64,000 nucleotides of DNA from Mobula hypostoma (Eukaryota). Made by a program: the position numbers and the translations under genes. Below are positions 24,725 to 37,495 of the stretch, in pieces. Position 1 is the stretch's first letter, and each line of letters opens with the position of its first letter. Under the pieces are notes generated by a model, which did not search any database, had not been told where the DNA came from, and saw only the letters and a list, made by a program, of their open reading frames with translations. The stretch lies in assembly GCF_963921235.1 (NCBI RefSeq), contig NC_086097.1, positions 180,050,001 to 180,114,000 on the forward strand. The letters are read 5' to 3'.

Positions 24725-25520
24725 AAACTATTCACCCACCATCTTAAACATCACTATTGTACCTGCCTCAACCACCTCCCCTGACAGCCTTGCCAGCCAC
24801 ACACCACACTCTATGTAATAATAAAAAAAATCTTGTAAATATTCTTTAAACCTTCCCCCTCACACCTTAAGCTTCTGCTTTCTACTGCTTGATGTTTCTA
24901 CTCTGGAAAAAATATTTTGACTATTTCCCCTATCTGTGCCTTTTGTAATCTGATAAACTTCTGTTAGGTCTCCCCTCAGCCTTCAAGGCTCCAGTGAAAA
25001 CAACCCAAATCTGTCCAGTATCTCATTATAGCAAGTGTCCTTCAATCCATGCAACATCCTGATGAACCTCTTCTGCATCTTCTCCTAAGCCTCCATAGCC
25101 TTCCTGTTACGGGACAAACAGAATTGCAAACAGCCAAATGTAACCTAACCAAAATTTTATACAGATGGCTTCCAGACTTTTATACTCTGTGCCTAACCAA
25201 TGAAAGCAACCATGCCCTGTGTCTTTACCAACCTACCTATTTTCTTGTGTTTCCACCTTCAGTAAGCTATGGACTTGCACCCCAAGATCACCCTGTACAT
25301 TAATGCTGTTAAGGGTCCTGCCGTTTACTGTCTACTTTCTCTTTATATTTGACCTCCCAAAGTGCAACACCTCACACTTGTCTGGGTTAGACTCCATCTG
25401 CCATCTCTCTGCTCATATTTCCAACTGATCTACATCTTGTTGAATCATTCTTCATTATCTCTGCTCTACCAATTTTTGTGTCATCTCCAACTTATTAAAT
25501 ACACTACCTAGACTTTTTAA
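24725..25520 (-). mobile_element. CR1 3' fragment, decayed
   Basis: Reverse complement of the standard CR1 C-terminal region (AERWQMESNPDKCEVLHFG-like). Confidence 0.8.
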
Positions 25521-27114
25521 ATCCTCATTCTTAAAATGAAATAATCTAAAACTGTGTTGTCTATCCTCTGTTCAATCAATCACCACATGTGCATGTGTTA
25601 GCACAGTACAGCCTCTACGTGGGCTTAACTCAGACACTTCTACCTGGTCTCACAAATAATGAATTCAGAGTAATTGCTTTGTCTAATCTTGCCCCACTAA
25701 ACGGTGAACTGACCATCAGATACAGGATCAGAATTAGCTCATCGAGTCTGCTCCGCCATTCAATAATGGCTGATTTCTTTTTAACCCCATTCACTCACCT
25801 TCTCCCTGTAACCCTCAATCCCCTTACCAATCAGGGACCTATCAATCTCAATGACTCCACAGCCCTCTGTGGCAGCAGATTCTACAGATCCACCCTCTGG
25901 CTGAATAAGTTCCTCATCTCAGTTCTAAAGGGACATCCCTCTATTCTGAGTCTGTGTTCTTGGATCCTAGACTCTCCTACTGATGGAAACATCCGTCCAT
26001 GTCCACTCTATACAGACCTTTAATCAATAGGTCTCAATAGGATCCCCTCTTCAAAATCCTCTCCAGGGCATGCACGTCTTTCTTTAGATGCAATGCCAAA
26101 ATTGCTAACAATATTCCAAATGAGAACTGATCAACACCTTGTACAGCCTCACTTTTATATTCCAGTCTTCTCAAAATTAATGAGCAGAATGTCCCTCAGA
26201 ATCAGGTTTATTATCACTGATGTGAAATTTGTTGTTTTGTGGCAGCAGTACAGTGCAAAGGCAAAATTACTATAAATTACAAAATAAATGAATAGTGCAA
26301 TAAGAAAGGAATAACAAAGGCATTTGTGGGTTCATGGACCATTCAGAAATCTGATGGCAGAAGGGAAGAAGTTGTTCCTGAATCATTGATTGTGAGTTTT
26401 CAGGTTTCTGCCACACCTCCCTGAAGGCAGTAATGAGAATAGGGTACGTCCCACTTTGTGAGAGTCCTTAATGATGGTGTCACTTTCTTGAGGCAACAAT
26501 TCTCGAATAATGTTTCTTGGAGCTGCTCATCCTTTCCACTGCACATGCCTTTGTGATCTCCTGACTTCCCTTTCCTAAAGTCCACAATCAATTCATTGAC
26601 CTTGCTGACATTGAATGCAAAGTTATTATTGCAACACCACTCAACCAGCCAATCTGTTTCACTCTTGTATGCCGCCAGGAGATAAGGGAACATCCTTTCC
26701 AAATCCCATTTTCATTGAGTTTCCAATAGACTCACTCCACTGATCAATCCTGGTCCATTCTTTTGTTGTATCTTTTTTTAACAGATAGCTCATGTTTTTA
26801 AAAAATGGCATTTTAACTTTTAAGACACAACTAACAGATTGGCAATACATGTCGAACAATATATGGATACAAAAGTAGAATTGAAGATGGATGCGACATG
26901 GGGCTGGAACATGGAGACTCATTGCAAGTTGCTCCCTGCGGGTCTACTCTCTACTTCTATTGTAATTGTTCTAATCTTTTCATGCACTGTATAATGATTT
27001 AATCTGTATGAGCAGTATGCAGGACCAGCTTTTCATTGTATCTTGGTACTGTGACAACAAATGAATTCCAATTCTATATGGGTGAACTGAATTCTCTGTG
27101 TGTTCCCTGCACAG

Positions 27115-27213
27115 GATGGTGCCACTCCTCTGTCCATTGCCAGTCAGTATGGACACAACTCAGTGGTGGAGACTTTGCTCAACAGGAGATGCAACATTAA
27201 TATCCAGTTGCAG
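27115..27213 (+). CDS. ANKRD29: ANKRD29 coding exon 5 (DGATPLSIASQYGHNSVVETLLNRRCNINIQLQ)
   Basis: gttccctgcacag| ... |gtaaga; 99 nt ankyrin repeat. Confidence 0.95.
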
Positions 27214-28009
27214 GTAAGAGTAATGGAGTGTGGTCTCTTTGCCTGGTCCCACAAGTTGCTGGAGGAACTCAGCAGGTTAGGCAGCATCTATGGGAGGGTG
27301 AACAGTAGACATTTCAGGCTGAGATCCTTCATCTGCAGTTGCGTCTTGGTATGAATCTGATTGCCCAGCTATAGAAAGAACACAGACCAGTACACGCACT
27401 TTGGCCCACGATGTTGTGCCGCACAAGATCAACTTAACCCTTCCCTCCCACATAGTCCTCCATTTTTCTTTCATCATGTGCCAAGTCCCTTAAATATATC
27501 TGCCTATCTACACCACCCCTGGCCGCACGTTTCATGCACCCACCACTCTTAAGTATGAAAAAAAAAATCACTTTTGACATTCCCTCCCCATTACTTTCCT
27601 CCAATCACCTTAAAAATAGTGCCCCCTCATATTAGCCATTACAGTCCAACAGCAAACGTCTCTAGCTGCCCACTCTATATGCATCTCATCATCTTTTACA
27701 CCTCTATTAAGTTTTACACTCTTATTCTTCACTCCAAAGAGGAATAGCCTTTCTCGCTCAACCTTTCCTCATAAAGCAGGAAGAATGTCTTTAAATGGGG
27801 TGCATCGATTGCAGGAATTGGAACCAGTTATACAAGACATTGGTGAGTCCACACTTGGAGTATTATATGTATTTCTAGTCACCCAAAAAAGAAATGGGAA
27901 TTAGGAAGGATATTATTAAGCTGGGAAAGGTACACAAGGATGTTTTCAACTTGAATCACTGAAGGATGCTTGACAGCTGTAGAAGGGCTTGAATGCTATG
28001 TGAAACAAA

Positions 28010-29480
28010 ACCACATAGGTAACAAGGCTTCGCTTTAAAGTCTCACTTGGACAGTCTGAGGTACCCACCTGTTTCAAGTAAGTTTCAATTATACCAGTGC
28101 CTGAGAAGAATGTGGTAGCCTGCCTTATTGACTAACATCCAGTAGCACGTAAATCCACTGTGATGAAGTGTTTGAGAGGTTGGTGATGAAACCTATCAAT
28201 TCCCGCCTGAGAAGCCACTTCGATCCACTCCAGTTCACCTCCAGGCACAACAGGCCCATCACAGATGCCATTTCAATGTCCTTTCACTCAATCCTCGAAC
28301 ATCTGGACTGCAAATATGCACGCATCCAGAAGCTGTTCATCAACTACAGCCTGGCATTCAATTACATCATCCCCTCAAAACTAATCAATAAGACTTTGAC
28401 CTCAATGCCTCCTTGTGCAGCTGGATCCTCAATTTCCTCACTTTCAGATGCCAGTCAGTTTCGATTGGTAGCAACGTCTCCTCCACAGTCTGAATCAGCA
28501 CAGGTGAAACACAAGGCTGTATGCTTGGCTCTCTTCTCTACTTGCTATACACTAATGTCTGTGTGGCTAAGCACAGCTTCAATGCCATATTCAAGTTTGC
28601 TAACAACACCACTATCGTTGGCCGAATCAAAGTGACGAATCAACACATAGGAAGGAGAATGTTGTTACGGTGCCACTCAGTCAACCTTTTACTAAACGTC
28701 AGCAAGACGAAGGAGCTGATTACTGACCAGGAAGATGAATCTTGAGGTCCATGAGCCAGTCCTCATCAGGGAATTAGAGGTAGAGAGGGTCAGCAACTTC
28801 AGATTCCTCGGTGTTATCATTTCAGAGTATCTGTTCTGGGCCCAGCATGTAAGTGCAATTACGAAGAAAGCACGGCAGTTTGCGAAGTTTCGGCATGGCA
28901 TCTAAAACTTTGACAAACTTCTGTTGTATTTTTGTAGAGTTTATGAATTGGTTGCATCACTGCATGCTAACACCAATGCCTTTGAATGGAAATTCCTACA
29001 AAAAAGTAGTGGATATGGCCCAGTCTATCAGAGGGTAAAGCCCTCCCCACCATGGAGTACATCTACACGGAGCGCTGTCACAGGAAAGCAGTGTCCATCA
29101 TCAGGGACCCACACCATCCAGGCCATGCTCTCTTCTTGCTGCCGCCATCAAGAAAAAAGTACAGGAGCCTCAGGATCCACGCCACCAGGTTAAGAAACAG
29201 TTATTACCCCTCAGCCATTAGGCTCCTAAGCCAGAGGGAATGACTTCACTCAGCTTTACTCACTCCATCACTGAAATGTTCCCACAACCGATGAACTCAC
29301 TTACAAGGACTTTTCATCTCATGTTCTCAAAATTTATTGCTTTTGTTATTATTTTTATTAATTTTTTGTATTTGTATAGTTTAATGTCTTTTGCACATTG
29401 TCTGTCCTGGTGTGTGACTATCATGTTTCTTGCAAGAAAATGAATCTCAGGGTTGTATATGGTGACATATATGTACTTTG
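28010..29480 (+). mobile_element. Rex1/Babar-like LINE, RT to 3' end, decayed
   Basis: FERLVM..DPLQF..DAI..LEHLD..LFINYSLAFN.IIP; KFANNT; VSKTKELI; IIRDPHHPGHALFLLPPS..YRSLR. Confidence 0.8.
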
Positions 29481-30284
29481 AACTTTCTTGCCAGGGCAGA
29501 GGGCTTGGGTTATAAGGAAAGATTAGACAGCCTGAGACTTTTTTCTGGAAGCAAAGGAGGGTAAGGGCAGACCTTACATGGGTATAAGATCATGGGTGCA
29601 TAGTTAACATGCATGGTCAGTCCTCTCCCTGTTGCAGGGGAGTCTAAAACCAGACGGCATAGATTTAAGGTGAGAGGGAAAAGATTTAAAAGTGATCTGA
29701 GGAGCAATGTTTTCCACACAGAGAGCAGTGGGTATATGGAACATTTTGTCAGAGAAAGTAGTTGAGGCAGGTACAATTTCAATGCTTAAACATGGATGGG
29801 AAAGGTCTAGAGGGATATTGTGTGATCATAAAGTGCTCACTAACAAATTCAATAAATCCCTGTGGAAACTCTTTGTCCAAGAGTGCTGAGGACATGGGTT
29901 CCAAGCACAAATGATAAGTTTCTTGAGTTTGATGTGGAAATTATCGTAGGCCGCGGTCTGTTGTGGCTCCCAGCTGCCCTATGGTTCGCTTGGTGATTTC
30001 ATCTGTGAGTAATCGCGACCTCATTCTCAATGAAAACATAAGCAGTAGACTCAGGAGTTGGCCATTCAGCCTTTTCCCTGTTCCTGCACTCAGAAGCTCG
30101 TGTTGATAGCTTACCTCACTGCTCTATTCTGTCCTGTATCCCATAGCTTCTGAAGTACACTCCAAATTTTTCAGCGTCACTAGAGAGTTTCCTATTCATA
30201 GAGTCATACCACATTATCCTCCAGTTCATACCACATAGAAACAGGCCCTTTGGCCCAACTTGTCATGCTGGCCAAGATATGCAT

Positions 30285-31830
30285 TTAACGTCAGAGAAAT
30301 GTATACAATATACACCCTGAGTTTTTTTCTTTGCAGACATCCATGAAAACAGAGTGCCCCAAAGAATGAATGATGTTAAAACATCAAAACCCCAAAGACC
30401 CCTAACTCCCCCTCCCACGCACAAGCAGCAAGGCAACAACCCCCCCACCCCCACCAGCAAAAAAGCATCAGAACCCTCCACCAAACACTTATGCGTGCAG
30501 CAAAGCATCAATAAAGACACAGGCTTGCAGTACCCTAAAAACTACTCGTTCACCAATAATTCGACATACCACAGGCCCTCTCTCTCCCTAATAAGGGGAA
30601 AAAGATGTGCCTCTGTTTCACAGTGAAAGAGGAGACATGACAAACATCTCGGTAATTTAAGATGTTAAAAGTCTGTTGCGTCGCTTTTTCCGAGCTCTGT
30701 GCCCAGAGAGGCGGCACCAAAAAGCCGCAGCTCTCCAGACACGATCCCTGGCAGCTAACCCGCTGCTCCCGATGATCTCTGTTCTCCCGCGATGCTTCAG
30801 TCAGGGGCACCGGCCTAGAATCAGCACGTCCCCAGAGCCACGAAATCCCGGAACCCTGAAGGCGTGCTCATCTTCCAGGCCACATCCTTGGGACGTCAAA
30901 AAGCAGCCAGTTGTGAGGCCCTGAGAGCAGGACCTGTTCCCGCTAGCTCCTAATACCCTGCATTTGGCCCATATCCAAAGATTAAAAGTACATTTATTAT
31001 CAAAGTATGAATGTAGTATACAACCCTGAGATTCATCTTCCCACAGACAGCCATGAAACAAAAAAAAACATAGAACCTGTTCAAAGAAAAATATCAACCT
31101 CCCCCCACGTGCAAAAAACAAAAGGTGCAAATAGCAAAAAAAGGAGCAATAAACACAGAATATAATAGCACAAAACTGAAAGAGCCCAGGCATATTCAGC
31201 GCAAACACGAGGAAATCTGCAGATGCTGAGGCTGCCTGGCCTGCTGCGTTCACCAGCATTTTGTATGTGTCGCCAGGCATGTTCAGTTCAGCTTGAATAT
31301 TCAGTTTGTTATCCGCAGGCTGCCCCAATCAAAAATCGCCCAAAATGGCAACAGAAAAAAGAGCAACTAGAAACACATCGTAACGTGAGCTACAGAGTCC
31401 AATCCACAAATCACATCAGTGAAACTTTGCCCAAGATTCAGGACTCCAGCACCATCCTCCAACAGCATCGAGAGAGAGAACATTCGAAACCAGGTAGCAA
31501 CTGAAAGGATCAGAGACGGCGCTGAACACCCACTCACGCCTCGATGATTTCAATCTTCCTCGACACTTTAACTGGAGATAAATAGCGTTGATCGTGGGCT
31601 TGCACCCCACCTCCAGGCTTCTTGGTCTTGAAGCCACACGCCTCACCGAGCAACCTCAGAGACAGCAAGGCACCAGATAGCTTAGTGGGCCTGAAAAACA
31701 CCCACCAAAATGTAGACTCCAAGCTCCAACGGTAGCAGAACCACTTTTGAAAGAAAAAGAAGTTGTGGAAGAAGATGTGAACTGTCTGGAGGATATTGCC
31801 CTTGGTCGTATTGTTCGCCGCTGCCATCTT
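30285..31830 (-). mobile_element. Cluster of unclassified interspersed repeats (related to 10715-11525)
   Basis: Shares long blocks with 10740-11160 (gtcagagaaatgtatacaatatac..., ctctctctccctaataaggg..., ttttccgagctctgtgcc). Confidence 0.65.
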
Positions 31831-33199
31831 CTTCTTGATATATCTCTCCTGCCTTTGAGTATTGTGTCACATTTGGGGTATTTTGTTTAGTTCTGATCAC
31901 CTTATTATAAGAAGGATGTGGGAGCTGTAGAGAAGGTGCAGAGAAGATTTTACCAGGATGATGCCTGGTTTAGAGAACGTGTCATTTGAGGAAAGGCTGA
32001 ACAAGCTAAGGCTTTTCTCTTCAAGTGAAGGAAGATGAGAGGCAACTTGATAGAGGTGTACAAGATGATAAGAGGCATAGATCGAGTGGACAGCCAGCAC
32101 CTCTTTTCCCTGGGCAGCAATGGCCAATACCTTTCAAGGTGAGTGGAGGAAAGTTTAGTGCAAAGTTTAAGAAACTCAGAAGTAGGATTTTTACAGACTA
32201 GTGGGTACATAAAGTGGTGGTAGAGGCGAATACATTAGGGAAGTTTAAGAGACTCTTAGATAGGCACATAGATGAAAGAAAAATGGAGAGTTATGTGGGA
32301 ATGAAGCATGGATTGATCTTGGACTAGATTGAGAGGTTGCACAACATCATGCACCAAAGGGCCTGTACTGTGCTGCTCTATTCTGTGTTCTAAACACTTC
32401 CTCTCCATATACCCATCCACAAGTCTTGTTAATGTACCTGTCTCAAGCACTTGCTCTGGCAACTCATTCCATGTACAGTACTGATTCTCTGGGTAAGAAA
32501 GTGTCCTATTAGGTTCTATTAAATCTCTCCACTCTCACCTTAAACCTACACCCTCTAGTTTTTTCCCTTTCTCTGGGAAAATTCACCATCAAAAAGTCAA
32601 TAGAAGTGAGTGTGAAAAACATTTGAGACGTCGTTGTGAAGGTTCCATTTCTCTATCACCAAAGATGCAATGCAGTTATAATGGAACGGCGCCCTGTGCG
32701 GCCCTTGAGGGAAATGAGCTGATTAAAAAGCTGCACACCAGCATCTTCTAATGACTAATGAAATTTGTATTTGAATAGCACCCCATACAACTCCAAAATG
32801 GCTTATTGGACTGGGATGCCCCTAAGTGCAAGTCACAAATAAAGTGTAGGAACTACAGCTTATTCTCATTGGCTCAGAATATATTTTAGTTCAAACAGTA
32901 TTAGAATTATAGAATCATACAGCACAGGCATAGCCCTTTGACCCTTCTTGCCCATGTCAACCAAGGTGCCCTTCTAAGCCGGTCCCATTTGCTCACACTT
33001 GGTCCACATCTCAGTAAACCGTTCCTGTCCGTGTTCCTGTCCAAGTGTCTGTCAGATATTGTGTGTGCACGGAGAACTGCTTGGGGTTTCACTAGCTCCC
33101 TGGAGGAGCTGGACGTGGCCTTCCAGAGCTGGCATCTCCAACAACGCAGCACTGCATTGTCATATCAGCCTTGATTCTGTGCTCCATAGACCATTAAGA

Positions 33200-33515
33200 A
33201 AGGATCAGGGTTACCAGAGTCTGGGGTTTAATCCTGACCTCTGGCACTATCTGTGTGGAGTTAGCACATTTTTCCTATGACTGTGTGGGCTACCCCCCCC
33301 CCCGCCTCACGCCCTGGGTGCTCTGGTTTCCTCACACCTCTCAAAGATGAGCGGGCCAATTTGTTAATTGGCCACTGTAAGTTACCCCCAGGGTGCAGGT
33401 GAGGGGAGAATCTGGCTGGAGTTGATGGGGATGTGGGGAGAATGAAATGGGATCAGTGTAAAGGGCTGGTTGATGGTCAGCATGTACTCAATGGGCCAAA
33501 GGGCCTGCTTCTGTG
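33200..33515 (+). mobile_element. V-domain tRNA SINE, decayed
   Basis: tgtgtggagttagcacattt..tgggtgctctggtttcctc V-domain-like core with a CR1-like 3' end. Confidence 0.65.
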
Positions 33516-35629
33516 CCTCATCTCCCTGTGACTCCAGTTAGCCACTCGGCCTCCCAAGCCCACACCACCCACCACCCCCGCCCCCCCCCACCGGCCAGTA
33601 TGATCATGGCACTCTCTGAAGATATAGGCTCACTGGTTAATAAATGTAGTCTTTCCCCACGTCCCAAGTGCAACTCACTGTGCAGCACTCTCTGTAATCA
33701 GTAACAGGAGCCTACACCTACATCACCTCAGCCTGTGGGACATAATCATCACCAAAAACAGGGAAATATTTAATGTTCTTAAATTCAAGGTTAGATTATA
33801 TTATCGATCACTTAAAATGAGCAGAGAGACAGAAGTCATTGCTTTACAGTTCACTAACCTCGCAAAGTTACAGAACTATTTTCTCTTGAACAGAGTCCAA
33901 AACTGATTGATTGTAAGGCGTGGAATTGAGGGAGTGTCACACTTTGGGGCTGGGGGGGAACTCACATTGTGGTTCGGAGGAGGGGTCATACTGTGAGTGG
34001 GGTAGTTCTGAGAAAGGGTGACTCTGGGGTGCGGTGTTCCTGAGGGAGGGCCAGAATTAACACCAAAGAACAGAAAATGAGGATGGAGGAAGGTGTATCA
34101 GAGTGGTATTTCATCTGTGGCAGTGGACTGCAGTAGTTTTTTTGAAGGAAGGCTGTTTTACCAAGTTTTGTTGAGTCTATGCTCAGGCCATGGCAGCGAC
34201 AGTGGCTGGCAGCTTGGCAAGGATCTTGTCTGCAACTTTTTACAGGGAGCTGTTGTCTGTTCGTTAAGATTGTAAGCCCTCCCCGGCTGGAGTACTCAGC
34301 ATGGAACAGCCAGGTGAAGAGTTTGTGGCAATACCTTGATCTTCCGCTTGTATGGAGGAACATCATAGCGGCCCAGCTGTGCACTGGGAGGGAAGCACTG
34401 GAGTTTCATTGCACAGAGTTCCCTGCCTATCTGGAGGAGACTACTGTCCTTTCTGTCTTCTTGGAACTGCTCTTTGAAAGGCTGAAAAGTGTAGTGACTG
34501 AGTTTAAATGAGCAGGATTTTGATTTCTGACAGGTGGGGCTTTAACATGGCGGGCTGCAGCTCCGAAATGGCGAGACCTATTTCCTATGCAGGATTTGTA
34601 GCCTCTGGTGAAAGAACTCCTGTAGGGCCTCCACCATTAAGCCTGATAACTCTTTAAAAAAACGTGGTGCACTGTAATATGGCTGAACGCCTGAGTGCAA
34701 AGTGGAAGTTGGCTGTTGTGGCTGTGTCTGTGGGTGGGGATGAGGGTGTCATTGGGATCGCTAAGGTGCATCACAAGCCCCTTTTCTACCTCTGGTCTAT
34801 GAGAGAGGAGTCCCTGGCCCTGAGTAAAGGGGTAAGGGTAAATGTGGAAGGGGTCTTAGTGCCACGAGAGCTGACAACAGGCCCCGTACAGAAGGTAACC
34901 CTCTGTAATGTGCACCTTCACCTAAGCAGACCTTCTCACTCATGTGTTCTTCGGGTGAGGTGAGGTCGCTGGTCACCGTACTGCTCAAGCCAGACAGAGG
35001 TTGTTTTGGGCACGTATAAACCCCCATCGTGAACAAGCGGGGGATGCTAAGGGGTACTTTAATGTGTAGCACGGAAGGAAACACTGCTGGATCCGTTGAG
35101 CTACAGGCCGGCCACGGTGACATGCCTGCAAGGAGTTCGGGAATATGGGTAAGAATTGCCCTAAATGCCGGCCCGCTAACTCTGCCATGGCGATACAGGA
35201 GGGCATCACAGAGCCTCCCTCCCCCCCCCACCCCCCTGTTGCCCTTCTTCCCAATCTCCATCCCTCCCCCCGTTGTCCTTCCTGACCCTGTGGCAGAGGG
35301 TGGCGGGCAAGAGCACAGCACGATTGGCAAAGAGGAGTGTGTTAAGATAAAGAGCAGGAAGGCTAAGAGGAAGAAAAAAGATCTCCAGACCTCTCCACCA
35401 CAGGACAAGGAGCCAGGGCCTTCCCTTAGTTCCAGCTGGGAGGGTACAGATATCACTGTGGCTCAGTGAGGGCCTGGCAAAGCCATGAGGGAGGATGTGG
35501 GGCTGAGGATCAAGAATTCCTCCAAAATGGAGGTCACTGGAGCTCCCTGCATTGGTGGTACAAAAAGGAGGAGGCACACGTCATCTGAATCTGAAGACAG
35601 AACCGACTAAGGGGGAAGAATTATCCCCA

Positions 35630-35915
35630 CAAACATAGCATAGTGGTTAGCACAAAACTTTACAATACCAGCGACCAGGGTTCAATTCCCACTGCTGCCT
35701 GTAAGGAGTTTGTACATTCTCCCAGTGACTGCGTGGGTTTCCTCCGGGTGCTCCAGTTTCCTCCCACAGCCCAAAGATGTACTGGTTTGTTGGTTAATTG
35801 GTCATTGTAAATTGTCCCATGGTTAGGCTAGAGCTAAATTGGGGAATTGCAGGATGGCTGAGCTCAAAGGGCCAGAAGGGCCTACTCCATTCTGTATCTC
35901 AATAAAGTGTTTAAA
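35630..35915 (+). mobile_element. V-domain (HE1-like) tRNA SINE nested in the Tx1 element
   Basis: A box tagcatagtgg, B box ggttcaattcc (35679-35689), V core gactgcgtgggtttcctccgggtgctccagtttcctcccac, 3' aataaa. Confidence 0.85.
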
Positions 35916-37329
35916 AATTTTAAAAAGGCTGCATGCTTGGGGAATGCCTCCCTGAAGTAGGACAATGGTCTTATCATTCAGGCCATCCATGAGAAGAGAC
36001 TCAGTCTGTGCTGGGACTGCAGCTCCTGAGCTTGTAGCTTCTGGTTTGATGGGTCCCTGCCAAACAGAAGTTGTCTAAGGGGGATAATTTGTCCTCGGGT
36101 AGAGTGGAGTGCTCGGAGCATGTGTCCGCTGGGGAGGGGATTGATACAGCAGAGCAGGAGTTACTTGTGGCAGGGGGGTCGCCTGTGGGGGCTGTCTCTT
36201 GCTTTGTAGCTTCTGTAGAAACAAAGCTCACTTCTGGAGGTCATTGGGCCCTGGGATCTGATGGGACTGGGAATACTTCTGGATCACTGTCCTCACCAAA
36301 GGAACAGAGTGTCGGGGTCCCGATGGTCGCGGCTCCTCCATGTCTTACCCCAGGGAACCCGGGTGCGGAGACTGGCGAGGCCAAGGGGGCTCCAGCCCTT
36401 CTTTTGGACTTTGAGGAGGCTGATGGGATGCCCAAGCTGGCTGTGGGGGACATGTTAGAGAGCAGTATTGGCAAGCAGAGGGGCAGCTCTACCCAGTACC
36501 AGGAACGGGCTGCGGGTTTTGTTGATGATCCAGGGGAAGTGGGATCTCCCCTGGCCCTGAAACCGGTTTCCATGGCTGTAGGGGGGGGGTGGGTCACTTG
36601 GTGAGGCTGTTTCCGGTAGTGGGGTGTGCATCTGCGAACAGGACAGTGAGGATGACCTGGGATGCTGTGATGTGACGAGAAGGACTCTTTTGAAGCCAAG
36701 ATGGCAGAGGAGATTATCCCCAGCAGTGAGTGTCAGACTTTCACCATGAAGGAAATTTGGGAGTTCTTAGCTGACTCTTGGTGCAATCAGTATAAGGCCT
36801 GACTAGCTGCTGACCGACCTGTCTGGGGTTGTGTGATCCGGCCACACCATCCCTCAAAAGGGGAGGGATTTGGAAGCAGCTGGGAGGGAGCAAAGCTGTT
36901 TCGGGGAGTTCCTGAAAGTCCTGCTAGTGGTGCAGAGGCACAGGGTAAGACGGCCTGTTCCCACTAGCCAGGGCACTGGCAAGAAGATACAGCACTGTCA
37001 TGAAGGTCACAGTAGCAAGTATTAATATCAGGGAGTCTTACTGCAGGTTCCACCATCTCTCGGTTCTCAGGGAATTCCTGAGATTCCTGCAGGAAACCCA
37101 CACCGTTCCAGCAGATAAGTTCACCTGGCTCGAAAGACATGGGAGTGTCTAACTGAGCACCTCAGTTCTAATTCAAGCAGATGATATTGTTGGCCCCAAA
37201 TTTCCAGCCAGAGATACTGAAAATAAACAGGCTTGAGCCAGGCCGCCTGCTGCGTTTTGCCATGTGTTTGGATGTTGTGTTGTTCCACTTTGTTATTGTG
37301 TACGCCCTGAGCCCGGCCCGATGCACTCA

Positions 37330-37495
37330 TCCCTTACTTACTCTTCCTTCAGTTAGTCCTGACAAAGGGTCTCGGCCTGAAACGTCGACTGCACCTCTTC
37401 CTACAGATGCTGCCTGGCCTGCTGCGTTTACCAGCAACTTTGATGTATGTTGCTTGAATTTCCAGCATCTGCAGAATTCCTGTTGTTTCCGATGC
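37330..37495 (+). mobile_element. Penelope-like terminal repeat with hammerhead motif nested in the Tx1 APE
   Basis: tagtc-CTGACaA-agggtctcggcct-GAAA-cGTC-gactg (37354-37391), followed by gatgctgcctggcctgctgcgtttaccagc. Confidence 0.7.
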
